From the NCBI RefSeq assembly GCF_009914755.1, contig NC_060928.1: a stretch of 64,000 nucleotides of DNA; one strand, given 5' to 3'. The translations under genes and the position numbers were made by a program. Under the pieces are notes generated by a model. That model made no database searches, was not told where the DNA came from, and was given only the letters and a program-made list of their open reading frames with translations. This DNA comes from the human T2T-CHM13v2.0 reference genome, Homo sapiens. Positions 1 to 18,864 of the stretch are shown here, piece after piece; position 1 is the first letter of the stretch; each line of letters begins with the position of its first letter.

Positions 1-255
1 ACTTGCATAGGGCACTTACCGGGAATGGAGCTCACAGGACTGGAAGTTGCTCTGGGTGAGTCAGTGAGTGAGTGAGTGGTGAGTGAATGTGAAGGCCTAG
101 GACATTACTGTACACTACTGCAGACTTTGTAAACACTCTAACTTAGGCTACACTACATTTATTTAAAATTGTTTTCTTCAATAATCAATTAACTTTAGCT
201 TACTGCAACTTTTTACATGTTAAACTTTTTGATCTTTTAAAACTTTTTGACTCTT

Positions 256-643
<388 letters not shown>

Positions 644-658
644 CTAAAAGCTTTTTAA

Positions 659-1018
<360 letters not shown>

Positions 1019-1905
1019 TAAGACACACACACATTAGCATAGGCCTCCACAGGGCCAGGATCATCAGTATCACTGTCTTCTCCCTCCACATCTCTTCCTA
1101 CTGGAAGGTCTTTGGGGCAATAACATGCATAGAACTGTCATCTCCTATGATAACAATACCTTCTCCTAGGTACCTCCTGAAGGACCTGCCTGAGGCTGCT
1201 TTACAGTTAACTTTTCACGTAAGTAGAAGGAATACACTCTAACCTAACAATAAAAAGTATAGTATAGTAAATACAGAAACCAGTAACACAGTCAATTTAT
1301 TATTATCAAGCATTACATACTGTACATAGTTTATGTTTTATCTGTAGATTTTTATAGGACTGGCAGAGCAGAAAGTGTGTGTACACCAGCATCACCATTC
1401 ATCAATGCATTACTCATAAACATGTGAGTAACACACTGGGCTGCATTGTCACTAGGCGATAGGAAGTTTTCAGCTCCATTATAATTTGATGGGACCACCC
1501 TCATATATGTGGCCCATCATCCACAGAAACTGTGATGCGGCACATGACCGTACTCAATTCCTTTTTACAAGGCAGATAACAGGGAAGAGTCAGAGCACAC
1601 GTTCTTGTTAGTAACCGTCCATTCTTGTTAATAACCACCTGCCCCATTACTCGCAGACAGGGCTCTCCCATGCCATTCGTAGGGCCTGACACTGGTGCAG
1701 CTCCCCTAAAGCCAGTTTGTTTTTCACTTCAGTTCTTTTGATGCTCCCAACTCAGACAACTAGAAGACAATTTAATCTTGCGCAGTAAAATGGAGGTGTT
1801 GGGAAATTTTTCTAACAGATTTAAGTCTGGTTAGTGGTGGGCTAGGACCTGGCTGATCCCAGCAGCCTTCTTACCAGGACTGATAATAGCCCAGATGGTC
1901 TGTCC

Positions 1906-2860
<955 letters not shown>

Positions 2861-3026
2861 ATCCTCATAACAGATTGGAGTGGGAGGCCAAGTCCGGGAT
2901 GTGGGGACTGGCTCAGAGCTCCAAAGTATCCTACGTAATATTAAGGGCATGGAAAAGTCCCATAGTTGCCCAGAAGTATAGTTTGTCGGAAGGCACAGTA
3001 ATAGATACCAATCTGTCTATAAATGA

Positions 3027-3524
<498 letters not shown>

Positions 3525-3971
3525 TTAATGGAAGTTATTTGGAAGACAGTGGCAAGAGATGGAAGAAAAATGGTTTCTCTCCTCAACACCACGGTCAGGA
3601 TAATGCGTTTTCCTCACTGCTGCAAAGGAAATCGTAAGAGCATTTTGCCCACTCCAAACATCTGAAACTGGAATTACGAGGTTGTATGGAGAAGGCCAGG
3701 AAAAATAATTTTGGGGATGGTTTGATGCTTTCTGAGGCCTTTTACTAGTGACCTGCAATATTAATTATCCAGAGTCCCTCGGTCTCCACCTCAGCTTCTG
3801 AATAAGGCATTTGTATGGTGATTCATAGGCTGTGAAAGCCAGTGTCATTAACCAGGCCACTGAAATTCAATCCCAGTGCATCTCAATTCTGTACTAGATT
3901 CCTAGGATCCCCACAGGTAAATCTAGTCTATTTGTAAGCCAGGCAAAGGTTGGATATAGAAACAGGACTGG

Positions 3972-4270
<299 letters not shown>

Positions 4271-4414
4271 GAAACAGGAATGGAACTACTACTGCATGTT
4301 GAAGACAAAGAATTCTGATAGGCCTGATAGACATCCACTTAAGTATAGAGAATACCGTAACTTCTTTCTGCTCCCCCCTTTTTTTTAAAAAAAAAAAAAA
4401 AAAAAAAAAGACCA

Positions 4415-4630
4415 ATGTATAAGAAGTCCTGGTTCTACCATTTATTAGCTGTGTGACCTTTAGCATGTTACTTAATCTCTCTATGCCTCAGTTTCCTCAT
4501 CTGTTAAATTGGGATAACATTGTTACTTAACTCATAGGGTTTTTATGATGCTTAAGTCAGTTAATATTTGTAAGGCAATTGGAACAGTGCCAGGTACACA
4601 GTGAATACTACATGGGTGTTTGGTAGATAC
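4415..4630 (+). mobile_element. MIR
   Basis: MIR core 'agctgtgtgacctt...ctctatgcctcagtttcctcatctgttaaattgggataa'. Confidence 0.85.
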
Positions 4631-5132
4631 ACTTTGAGAAAAGAGTCATGTTTAATAGAATTGAGCAAACTAGTCTGAAGGGCAATGTTGCCTGCCTGTG
4701 CCCTGTGGACCCAACCACTCTCTTTCTTGCAGTGCCTGAGCGAGACCCTCTGAGGTCAGGGTTGGGCAGCCTCTCTAAGACAAACCAAGCAGTGAGGTGC
4801 TGAGATGTACAGGCCAAGGCTTGGCCATTTGCTTTCACAGACCTGCTGAGGTCCACTCTCAGAAACTAAGTGGGATTCAAAAATGTTCACTCTAGTATTC
4901 GCTAAAAAACAAGTCTGAAAACTATACTTCTTTATACATTTCTAATTTACCTAAACTTTAATTTACCATTTCTATTTAAGATTAAATGATTACAAAAGAT
5001 TCTCAATGTGTTATACCAACTTATACTTGAAAATAAAACAGCTGCATCACTGTTTTAAGTGACTTTATTATCCACGGAATACCCCAGCAATTTGCCCCTC
5101 ACTATCACCCATTTTAAAAAATACACAAACAA

Positions 5133-5440
5133 GGCCTGGCGCAGTGGACCACGCCTGTAATTTCAGCATTTGGGGAGGCTGAGGTGGGCAGATTGCTTGA
5201 GCCCAGGAGTTCAAAACCAGCCTGGACAACATGCCAAAACCCCACCTCTACAAAACACACAAAAAATTAGCTGGGTGTGGTGTTGCATACCTGTAGTCCC
5301 AGCTACTTAGGAGGCTGAGGTGAGAGGATTGCTTGAGCCTGGGAAGTGGAGGCTGCGGTGAGCCATGACTGCGCTACTGCATTCCAGGCTGAGCAACAGA
5401 GTGAGACCCTGTCTCGAAAAAACAAAAACGAAAACAAAAA
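5133..5440 (+). mobile_element. AluJ
   Basis: Full dimer, TSD aaaaa(t)acacaaacaa. Confidence 0.9.
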
Positions 5441-5928
5441 ACACAAACAAGGTTTTTCTTTTACGGTCAGAAATCTTACATTATTCTTGTATCTCTTTGA
5501 ACTGTTATTTCTGTTTTTCTTCCCCCTCAGGATTTTATTCTAATTTTTTTTATGTGTTAAAGTTTTTTGTTGACCATCTTATTGTACTCTGTAACATATA
5601 TGTGAGTGAAACTTTTTTCCTCTGACTACTAGGCTCTAAATGTAAAAGAAAAACATCTTCTCGAAGTATCACAAGTTATTGGTAGTACACAATTGAACAA
5701 AACAACATAAATATATTTTAACTCTGAGATATAATTATAATATTTAAAGTAATTTTAATACATCTCAATTACATGGATGTAGATATTTACTGCCAACAAG
5801 TTCATATATTCATGAATAACTGTTACACACTACTGGAAAGAGAGGAGGTTTAGAACAATTTCTATCCTGTTTTTCTTTTTCATAGATGTGAACACTGAGA
5901 ATTTTCCTTCCTATAAATTAGTAGATGG

Positions 5929-6491
<563 letters not shown>

Positions 6492-7261
6492 TTAATAAAA
6501 GGATCTTAATAAATCTTAAGGATCTATCGCTTTGGTTAGGTCTCCCTACAATTTTGTCAAAAGCAAATAATTAGAAATCATTCAACTTGAGAACAGATTT
6601 GTTGTTTAATGTCTCATTCTCTGAAGTATACTAAAAAGGTCAAGACTTTTAAATAAGTATTATTTTACCAGTTATCCTTACACTTAGAGGCATATTATTA
6701 AATCTGTCACAGAACAAGTTGAGAAAACAAAAATTTTTATTTCCATACATCTTTTGTAGTAGAACTACATTAATGCTTTTACCTTGTGGACCTTAAATAA
6801 AATTTTGTCAAAATCTTGGAGCTGCTGATTTGGCTTATTCAACTGATGAAAAATGTTTCATCATATAACCTAATTTTCAAATCAGTCAGCCAAATTAGAT
6901 ATATTCCTTGTCATTAAAAGTGTGACTTTATTGTTCAATTTAAGTAAGTGTCTTAATATTCATTTTGAAGAATATTATAAAAACCACTGAGGAATAAATT
7001 ATGCATGCATCATATAAGATAGATTACTAAAGAGCAATCAAGTTTACATTGATATAGATCTGATTTAATTAATTTTATAAGTATTAAACAGGGTAAGAAT
7101 GCTATTTCTCATAACTTGATTTGCAATAAAATGATACAGTATGTTATTAAAATTATGTTATCTATGAAGCCAGAAATGTGATAGAAGGCAAGATAGTCTT
7201 TCCTTAAGCTGTGTGTGTGACCTTGGGAGTAAATGAGAATTATGTTTAAAAATAAGAAATA

Positions 7262-7420
7262 GCTGGGCAAAGGGCTCACATCTGTAATCCCAGTGCTTTG
7301 GGAGGCCAAGGTGGAAGGATCACATGAGGCCAGGAGTTTGAGGCTGCAGTGAGCTATGATCATGCTACTGTACTCCTGCCTGGGCAACAGGGCAAGACCC
7401 TGTCTCTATATTAAAAACAA
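7262..7420 (+). mobile_element. Alu monomer (FRAM-like or left/right recombinant)
   Basis: Single arm with Alu 5' start and right-arm 3' end. Confidence 0.8.
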
Positions 7421-7566
7421 ATCATAAATAATTTTATTAGCCCTCATGCTCAAACTTTTCTATTTAATAAAGTTATTTAATGGAAAACAAACTACATCTC
7501 TATACTGCAAAAACTGATCCAACCTGCCACATGTATCAAATAAGAAGTAGAAAATGTATGATTTTG

Positions 7567-7865
<299 letters not shown>

Positions 7866-8986
7866 AAATGTATGATTTGATAAAAACAGTATAGATTTGA
7901 TAAAATCTCATGGAATAGTAGACATTAAATCTGAAAGACATAACCTAAAATTTCTATCTGTAGGTTTTATCATGGAAATCTTAATAGTTCCAGAAAACAT
8001 TGCTATGTTCATTGAAGAGTCAGCATCATTAATTAGCCTGTAGGGCTCAGCTGTTGTCAGGTGCTTTCCTTAACAACTAATAACAAGTCCTAGGAAGAAG
8101 ACTTTTCTTAAACACACAAGTTCCCCCAACACACCCAACACACACACACAGATACACACTTGACAGATGCTGCCATTCATAATAAAATTCAAACACAGGA
8201 GCAAATGGATTATACAATACCTGTGCATCAGATAATAATGGTCAATATTTAATGAGCACTTACTACATGCAGTCACTGTTCCAATACCTGAATACAGTAG
8301 CTAGAAAGAATCACTTGCTCTCAAGCATATGGAAATCAGCTACTTGTAGCATTTGCTGCCTGCTTTGCTTTGTTCTCATGGAAATCTCCCTTGAGAGCAG
8401 CAAATCTTTTGAGAGCAGTGCTGGTTTAGAAGATGGTGCTGCCTTTCCATTCTACAATTGATCTTGATTGAGAACATCCCTTCACGGACTAAGATACCCA
8501 ACTTCTAAGGCAAAACCTGGTCCCTATGGGAAACATAAGAGGGGGAAAGGCAGGTCCTAGACAGATTTATGGGACTTGGATTAACAATTACATGAGGGTT
8601 TCCCAAAATGATAACTCAAGTTTGACCTGAGTTTGGTACCCAGAAGGCTTTCAAACCATGGGTAATGTACCATGATATGATTAGAAATAGGTGAGGGCAT
8701 CTGCCTTCCCTTTATACAGTGAGAGAAAGGAAAAGGACTTATGGAAAGGGAGAACCTGCAGGGACATGCATGCCTCTCTTCGAGGGCTCCAGAAGGGGCC
8801 TCAAAACTATCCTTACCCAAGTACTTTGTGGACAGTCTTCAGCGAGTTTGAAGACCATTAGCCTATGTGTAATTTCCTTGAATACAGGGGACCCTCTTTT
8901 GCTGTTTGACCCTTCTCTGTAACAGCAAAAATATTTATCTAGAGTAAGCTGTCAATCAATGCCTGTTGCACTGAGAAATGATGTCA

Positions 8987-9456
<470 letters not shown>

Positions 9457-9615
9457 TCGTATCAAGTGTATCACTCAAGGATGATTTTTTGATTTTTTTA
9501 TATATATACAGACTCCTCTACTACCCAAATCAAGAGAGAGAACAACTGCAGCTCCACAGAGGGTTTTCTTGTGTCCTTTTTCAATCTATTATCTACCCCC
9601 ATCCCAGGTAACATC

Positions 9616-10148
9616 TGCATTGGGAGTGACCAAGACCACCCCAGGTTCAATGACTCACCAGGAGGACTCATGAGACTCAGAACATAGTTGTACTCATGGC
9701 AATAATTTATTACAGTGAAAGGATAAGAAGCAAAATCAGCAAAGGAGAAAAGTGCAGGGAGCAAAGTCCAGAGGAAAGCAGGAGCCAGCTCCAAGAGTCC
9801 TCTCCCAGCCGAGTCATGCAAGACCCACTTAACTCTCCCAGCAATGACGGGAGACTACATGTATAAAATGTGGTCTACCAGGGAAGCTCATTAGAGACTT
9901 AGTATCCAGGGTTTCAACTGGGGGCTGGCTGGTCATAAAGGCACTCTTTGCCTACCACATAGCAAAATTCAAGGCAGATACTCAGTATAAACCATACTGC
10001 CTAGGCACAGTGAACCACGCTTATCAGTTAAATATTTATGGAGAATACTCTGAAAACCAAGTTCCCAGATGCCAGCTAAGGGCCAACCTTACAAGCAGGC
10101 CTTTCTAGGGATACCAATCTCAGGCCTGCTATGTAAACTCTTCCACAA
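9616..10148 (-). mobile_element. ERVL solo LTR, MER68-like
   Basis: Matches recalled MER68 along its length (…gagtttacatagcaggcctgaga… to …ggggtggtcttgg…). Confidence 0.75.
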
Positions 10149-10161
10149 ACCACTATCCTGA

Positions 10162-10487
<326 letters not shown>

Positions 10488-10980
10488 CCCATTCTTTAAC
10501 TTTATAAATAGAATGACATAACACACATTCTTTTGTGTCTAACTTTTTTCACTTAAAATAATATTGTGATACTCATCTAAGTATTTGTCCTGCACACACA
10601 AATTCCCCCATATACACAACACAGATGTTGCTATTAATCATTAAATGCAATCACAGAACAAAAGGATTATGCAATACCCACTCATTAGATTAAAATGGCC
10701 AGTATCTAATGAGCACTTACTATATGCCAGTTACTACTCAAAGTTATTGACATATACTAGCACTTAATTGGTTCTCAACTCTATGAGGTGGGTCTGATTA
10801 ACATCCCACTGCTGGATGAGGAAGTGAACAGAGACCAGTGGGCTGGCAGTTGGAAGACACAGCATGCAAACCCGGGAAGCCTGGCCCCACCAGTTTAGGT
10901 TTAACCATCACCACACATTGCCTCGCTGCCATGTAAGCCCATTTCTTATTATTTCCATTCCATAATAAGCACAATCACCA

Positions 10981-11430
10981 TAATAGGCAGGATAACAGCC
11001 CTCCAAAATGTCCATATCCTAGTCACCAGAACCTGCAAATACGTCACCAAAGGGACTTTGCAGGTGTGATTACATTAGAGATCCTGAGATCGGGAGAATA
11101 TCCTGGATTCTACAAGGGTCCTTATGAGTGAAAAAGGGAGACAGAAGAACCAGAATCAGAGAAGGGGATATGATGACAGAAGCAGAGGCTGGAGTGAGGC
11201 AGTTGCTGGCTTTGAAGATGGAAGAAGGAGCCATGAGCCAAGGAATTCAGGTCCCTAGAGGCTGGGACATTCAGAAAAAAAAGTGCAGCCCTGCTGACGT
11301 GGCACTTTTAGCTCCATTAAGATCCATGTCACCTTCTGACCTCCCAAACTGTAAAATAATAAATTTGTGTTCCTTTAAGCCACAGAACTAATGGGAAGTT
11401 ATCACAGTAGTAATAGGAAATGAAAAGGCA
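10981..11430 (+). mobile_element. MaLR LTR, MLT1D-like
   Basis: 'agggactttgcaggtgtgatta…gctggctttgaagatggaagaaggagccatgagccaaggaat…aataaatttgtgttcctttaagcca'. Confidence 0.8.
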
Positions 11431-13271
11431 TGTATCAGTGGAGGGATGAATATTCACAAAGCGTTTCATACAAGCTGATCACAGCAACAGGTTGCCCAGA
11501 GCAACAAGGAGGCTCTTGCTTCCATATTGAAAATGAAGGTGCCTCTTGTCTCAGTTTTGGAATAAGTAAAGGTTATCCACAGAGACGCGTTCTCATTTTT
11601 ACTTTTACAAAGTTGACTTTGGTGGTTCTTTTTACGAAAATTTCCCCTTTCTTCTTTGTTTCGGTGTCAATTTTTTTTTTAGTTGAAGACTTTTTAAAAC
11701 TTTCCCTTCCTGAACATTTTCCACTGGGTTTGAGCCCTGAATCTGCCTTTCAACTTGCTCCAGAACACTGGCATCACCATAATCGCTAGTATAATAAATC
11801 ATGGAACTATTACCCTTGCTCAACATAAGCACCTTCTCCACTCCCACAGAATTGCAATCGCTGCTGTCAGATTGTCTTCACACAGCTCAAGCTTCACACG
11901 GCAGCCAGAGGGAGCTTTTTAATCCAAAAATCTGACACTGCCTTTCCTGTTCTCCAGCTCCTTCCATAGCCCCCTCTTATGCTCAGAATGATGACCAGAT
12001 TGCTAAGCCTGACCTCCAGAGCCTGCAATACCTGGCCCCTATTGCCTTCTCAGCCTCTATCTCCCTGCATAGTTTCCCATTCTCTGGTCCTACCAAGCTG
12101 CTCATTGCTTCAAAACATGGCAGGTTCTCCCAAGCCTCTCTCCCTCACACATCTTGCTTCCTTTACGTAGGGCAACATTCCCTCTCTCTTCCTTCAGGCT
12201 AATTCTATCCATTCCTTCCTTAGCTGATTATTACACCCAATTATCCCAGTGTCACCTGCAAAGACACGGGTAATAGCATTTGATAGACACACAGGTGTTT
12301 ATCCAGAACATTCATCCCGTTTACTTCTGAACCATGGTTTCCTATGTCATCTATGTCTAATTTCTTGGCTGGATACTGGCCTGTCAGCCCCTTTCTCTGG
12401 CTCTTGGGTCTTGACCTTTCCCATTGGATAGTTGACACTATGAAACTTGCTCTGAGAATCTGGTACATTTGAGCCCCGGGTAAGAAACACTCCCAAAGGC
12501 TCTAGTCTCAGCCAGATATAAACATGCACATGAGCACACACACACATTTAATCCAGAAGAGAAACACTAAGGAGCACTGATATAATAACCATAGATAATA
12601 TCTATTGAGCACTTACAGCATGCCAGGCACTGTGCTAAGCACTTTAATAATCTTGTGCCCATTGTCAGATGAGGAAACTAGGTTCATGAAGATGAAATAA
12701 CTTGTTCCGTGCCACACAGCCTATCAGTGATGGAACCACCAGGTCACATGACTTCAGAAAGCTCAGCCATCCCCCCAGAACAGATTTCTGGGCCTGTAGG
12801 CCCCCACCTATCACCACCACACTTCACCTCTCCTCTGAGCTAGCACAGTTACCTTTGCATTTTGTACCCTGGGTTCTAATTGTGTGGACCCGTGTGTCTC
12901 CACTAGACCATGAGCTTCCCAGAGGAAGAAGCTCAACTTTCATCTCAGAGCACACGATACAAATGCAAAATAAAATGTCTCCCTCAGAGAGTGGCTGTGA
13001 CCAGTGGTCCTGAAGTCTCTGCTGCCCTGGTTTTGCACACCCTCCTAACCATATCTATGTGTGCACCTGCTAGGGAGCAAAGAATAAAATGTGAGACTCC
13101 TACTAACCCTCTCTGCCCAGGTTCCTGTATGGTGATGAGCTCTCTTTCTGAACTGATTCATAGCTGTCTTTTCAGGTTTATACTGTAAGCCACCTCAAAT
13201 CTCTTGGGAAATAAAAGTGAGTTTATTTATAAATGAATACGTGTTTATCTGGGAGATTAATAAAAACTAGA

Positions 13272-14074
<803 letters not shown>

Positions 14075-14259
14075 CGTGTGTTTTGTATTTTGACCCACAT
14101 GACTTTTTAGAGTGTCGTTATTTTCAAATTGAGTGCACACACACAAACATATACACACACACAAAGAGGAAACAGAGAGAGAGAGAAGAGAGAAAAGAGA
14201 GAGAGAGAAATCTGTTAGCTCTGGTTCTATTGAAATGTTGAAACATCTAGCAGCCTCTG

Positions 14260-14672
14260 GGTACATACCCAAAATAAATGCAAACATCCATCTACACAAA
14301 ACTTGTAAGTGAATGGTCATAGCAGCATCATTCATAATAGCCCCAAAGTAGAGGGAGCCCAAATGTCCATCAGCTGGTGTATGGATGAATGAAATGTTCT
14401 GTATCCACAGAGCAGAATATTATTCAGTAAGAGAAAGGAATGAAGTATTGATACCTGCTGCAACATGAATGAACCTTGAAAAACCTTATACTAAATGGAA
14501 GAAGCAAGTTGTCAAAGGCTCGATATCGTATGATTCTATTCATATGAAATGTCCAGAAGAGGTGAATTTGCAGAGACAAGAAAGTATATTAGTGGCTGCC
14601 TGGGACTGAGGGGAAAGGAGGAGCAGGTGTGACTGCTCGTGGGTATGGGATTCCTTTTAGGGGTGATTCTAA
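14260..14672 (+). mobile_element. L1MB-type 3' region
   Basis: 'caaatgtccatca…gaaccttgaaaac…tatgattctattcatatgaaatgtccagaa…ttttaggggtgat'. Confidence 0.8.
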
Positions 14673-16152
14673 ATTTACAAAATGCTTCAAATGTTTTATC
14701 TTGCCTGAGAATCATAACAAACCTATGAATTGCTTACTGTTATCTACATTCGATAGATCTGCACAGTCAGAAACTGAGTAGCCTATCCAAGGAGGTGAAA
14801 TTTGAGCTCAGATTTTCTGACTTCGAATTCCACACTTCTTGATTTAGTATGAAATATTTCAAAAATACATAAAAGTACAAAATCACATAACAGACAGCCA
14901 CATACCCACTGTTGAGATAAAACAGATGTCGGCATTTTGCTGCATTTGTTCCGGAGCTCCCCCAGCCCTTCCTGACTGTGTCCTGATCATGACACCATTC
15001 TTCTTTATCCTGGGCCAAATCTGCCATGCTGGAGAGGCTTGGATTGCTCCTCTGTCATGGAGGCTTCTTCTTCCTTCACTTTTAAATTAATGTTCAAGCG
15101 GATTTCCTTGGATCATAGGAATAGTTTAAAAGAGAATTGAGACCCAAAAGAAGAATGATGTAGAAACACTTGAATGTATTTCTCTTATCATCTGCCATCT
15201 GTATCAATCTTTCTCTCGCTCACTCTCTCTCTTTTATTTTTGTAATAACTGGTTAATTCTCCTTTCAAAAGCTCCAGAGGTTGTCCTGAAGGTTTAATTA
15301 TAATGTTCATTATAATGGAGTATAGCTGGATCAAGTAAGTGGACTTCAACCAAGGTCAGCAGTGGCAAGGTTGTGGTGACCAGTGCTCGGTTGTCCTAGG
15401 ACTGGTTATGATAAGATCTACTCAGCACTTGGGGAAACAGCATGTTGTATAGTGGAAGAATTGGGGACCCAGGACCACCTTTCCATCATGTGTAAAATGG
15501 GGATAATAACACAGGCTGGACCTCTGCCCCATCCCGGTCCAGATGTGCTCTACCATCCAGTACAGCTAAGGAAGAGTCACACTGGGTCAGGAAATTCAAG
15601 TCATTTCTTGAGCTGAATGCAATCAGGAGAAAGTGGGCCAAGGAGCCAGCTCAAGGTGAGTCATTTGGCTCAAGAGAACTTTGTCAGTGGTCCCAGCAAC
15701 ACACTCTGCTGCTAATAGCCATCTCGTTTGATCTCGGCACTGATGCTCAAACCACAGATTTCCTGGGCCTGCAGCCTCCCAGGAAATGGAAACCAAACAA
15801 CAACGGATGATTCATATTTCCCCTAAAGCGGCAAGAGAGAAACTACCTGCCGCAGAAATTGCAGCCAGCTTTTGGAGGCCCTGGCCTGAACTGTTCCTCC
15901 AGCCTCCTCTGCTGATGTGTATGGGCACCCCTGGCCGCTTGTCTTCTGACTGGTTTCTCTCCAAAGAGAGAATAGGTAAAGGAGAGGAGAGAGGAGAGGA
16001 GGGGAAGGGAAGGGAGGGGAGTGAAGGGGGAGCAGAGAGAAAAGGAGAGTTAACATTTATTTATTAAGTGCCCATTTTCAGACAGGTTCTGACTATATCG
16101 GCCACTTTCCATATATTACTTTGTGTAATTTTCATTATAATACTATGAGGCA

Positions 16153-16516
<364 letters not shown>

Positions 16517-17064
16517 TTATTGTCTATTTTCCCCTCTAAATGGTAAGCTCCAGGAAGTCAAGGGTTCATTGCTGTATCTCCACCTTCTAGAATGGTGCCT
16601 GGCACAAAATAGCAATAATAATTATAGGTAGCACTTATTTTATGCTGCATACTGTTTACATATTTTATACATTAACTCAAGCAAATAGTAATAATAATAA
16701 TGATAACAGGTAGCATTTATCTTGTGCCAGACCCTGTTCTATTTGAATATATTAACTCAATTATTTCTCACAACAATCCTAATGACAGAGGAACTACTAT
16801 CTCCATTTTCCAGATGAGAAAACTAAGGCACAGAGAAAAGTTTGGCTTGCCCATTTCCCAACAGTGAGAGAGCCACAGAATCAAGATTCAAATCCAGGCC
16901 ACCAGCCTCTAGAGTTTGAGTTTTTAACCATAATACCATCTTGTCTTCTTATAAGGGATGCTTGAGAAGTATTTGTTGAATGAATGGTTCTTCCTGTTTC
17001 ACAGAAGAAGAAACTCACTTTTTGCTAAGTCTCACAGCTTGCAGGATCATAACCACAGCCTGTA

Positions 17065-17260
17065 AAATTATTGTTTTGTTATTGCTCTAAAATATACACA
17101 ACATAAAATTTACCCTTTTAACCATTTTTAAGTGTACCGTTCTGTGGCATGAAGTACATTCATTTACATTGCGATGCAACCATCACCACCATTAATCTCC
17201 GGGACTTTTTCTTCTTCCCCAACTAAAACTCTGCACCCATTAAACTCCTCATTCCTATAA
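17065..17260 (-). mobile_element. L1MB 3' end
   Basis: 'aacataaaatttaccctttt aaccatttttaagtgtac…gcaaccatcaccacc'. Confidence 0.8.
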
Positions 17261-17337
17261 AATTCCTAGCAAGGAGAAATGCAGGAAGCCAGCTGTGGGA
17301 AGTCATCTGAGAGAAGTGATTAAGAATTCCTGCCCTT

Positions 17338-17551
17338 GGCCGGACACGGTGGCTCATGCCTATAATCTCAGCACTTTGGGAGGCTGAGAGGAGCGGATCA
17401 TGAGGTCAGGAGATCGAGACCATCCTGGGCAACATGGTGAAACCCCATCTCTACTAAAATACAAAAAATTAGCTGGGCATGGTAGTGTGCGCCTGTAGTC
17501 CCAGCTACTTGGGAGGCTGAGGCACTTGAACCCGGGAGGTGGAGCTTGCGG
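17338..17551 (+). mobile_element. AluSc/Y-type, 3'-truncated
   Basis: Ends abruptly at ggagcttgcgg with no tail and no TSD. Confidence 0.88.
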
Positions 17552-17892
17552 GGATTAGAGACAGTGAGGAAAGAAAAGGTTGATAAGAGAACAAGTTAAC
17601 TGCGAGATAACAAGTATTCACTAACAGGAGGACGAGAAAATACACACACATGTCAGAAACACAAAACAGTGTTGGAACACAGGACAACGCCTCTGTGGGG
17701 CAATTCTTCGAGGTCAGTAGAAACTAAAAGTCTAGATTGAGCCTGGAGTGGCTGGGGAGGGGAGAGGAAGAAAATCCCTGGAAATGAGCTTTACCGTTCA
17801 GATCTGAAGCGGAAATTTTAAGTTTCTTTATCACAGAGACTATTTCTCCAACAGCAACTCTGGCACAGATTTGCCCCTTTCAAAAACCTGGC

Positions 17893-18045
17893 AAGTGGTT
17901 TCTTTTTGGGGGTGTTGAAAATGTCCTGGAATCAGACAGTGATGTTGGTTGCACAAACTTGGAAATGCACTAAAAACCACTGAATTGTACACTTTTAAAG
18001 AGTGAATTTTATGGTATGTGAATTATTTCTCAATTTTTAAAATTC
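17893..18045 (+). mobile_element. L1MB extreme 3' end
   Basis: 'tttctttttgggggtgttgaaaatgt…ccactgaattgtacactttt…ttttatggtatgtgaattat'. Confidence 0.8.
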
Positions 18046-18560
18046 TTAAAACACATGCACAGAAATCCTGGCCAGAACCGTTCAGTCGAGGTGATGCTAT
18101 GGCTCGTTTCTTCTGTAAATGCTTCTTGGGGAGCTGTGCCATGTGATTCAATCCTGCAGTTGATGATGGAGGCCGGTGCCATCTTCGCTCCAGCAACGTT
18201 TCCACGTTGAGTTCTGCCAGTTCTCATTCTCACGTTCACCTCTGGCCTCTCTTCGCCACCTCAAGGGCAGAGTCTGCAGACCTGGTGGGAGGTGTGTTTG
18301 CCAATGAGGAACTTAAATCGTTGTAGAGAAAATAGGACTTTGAGTGAAGTTAGCAAAGTCCTTCGTCCTTATTTTTACAGTCACAGTTATGACACAAAAC
18401 TTTAATTTTAGAAGATATTGTTGGCATTTTACTCTATCATAACAACTCCTTGAAATAGTGGTATTATTAATCCAGGAGGTTATTGAGGTATAGAAAGATG
18501 ACTAACTTCACCAAGGTCCACAACTGGTGGCAGAGCCCAGATTTAAACCCAAGCAATCAT

Positions 18561-18864
<304 letters not shown>

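Noticed and set aside
5647-5715. Minus-strand YIYVVLFNCVLPITCDTSRRCFS resembling a Tip100/THAP12-type hAT dimerisation motif
   Set aside because: It lies downstream of the Charlie transposase stop in the element's 3' noncoding region; the true motif is at 5870-6480, so this is probably coincidental.
15543-15661. Possible + strand exon ending at a consensus donor AAG|GTGAGT
   Set aside because: Isolated splice-like motif with a weak acceptor, no partner exons and no coding signal.
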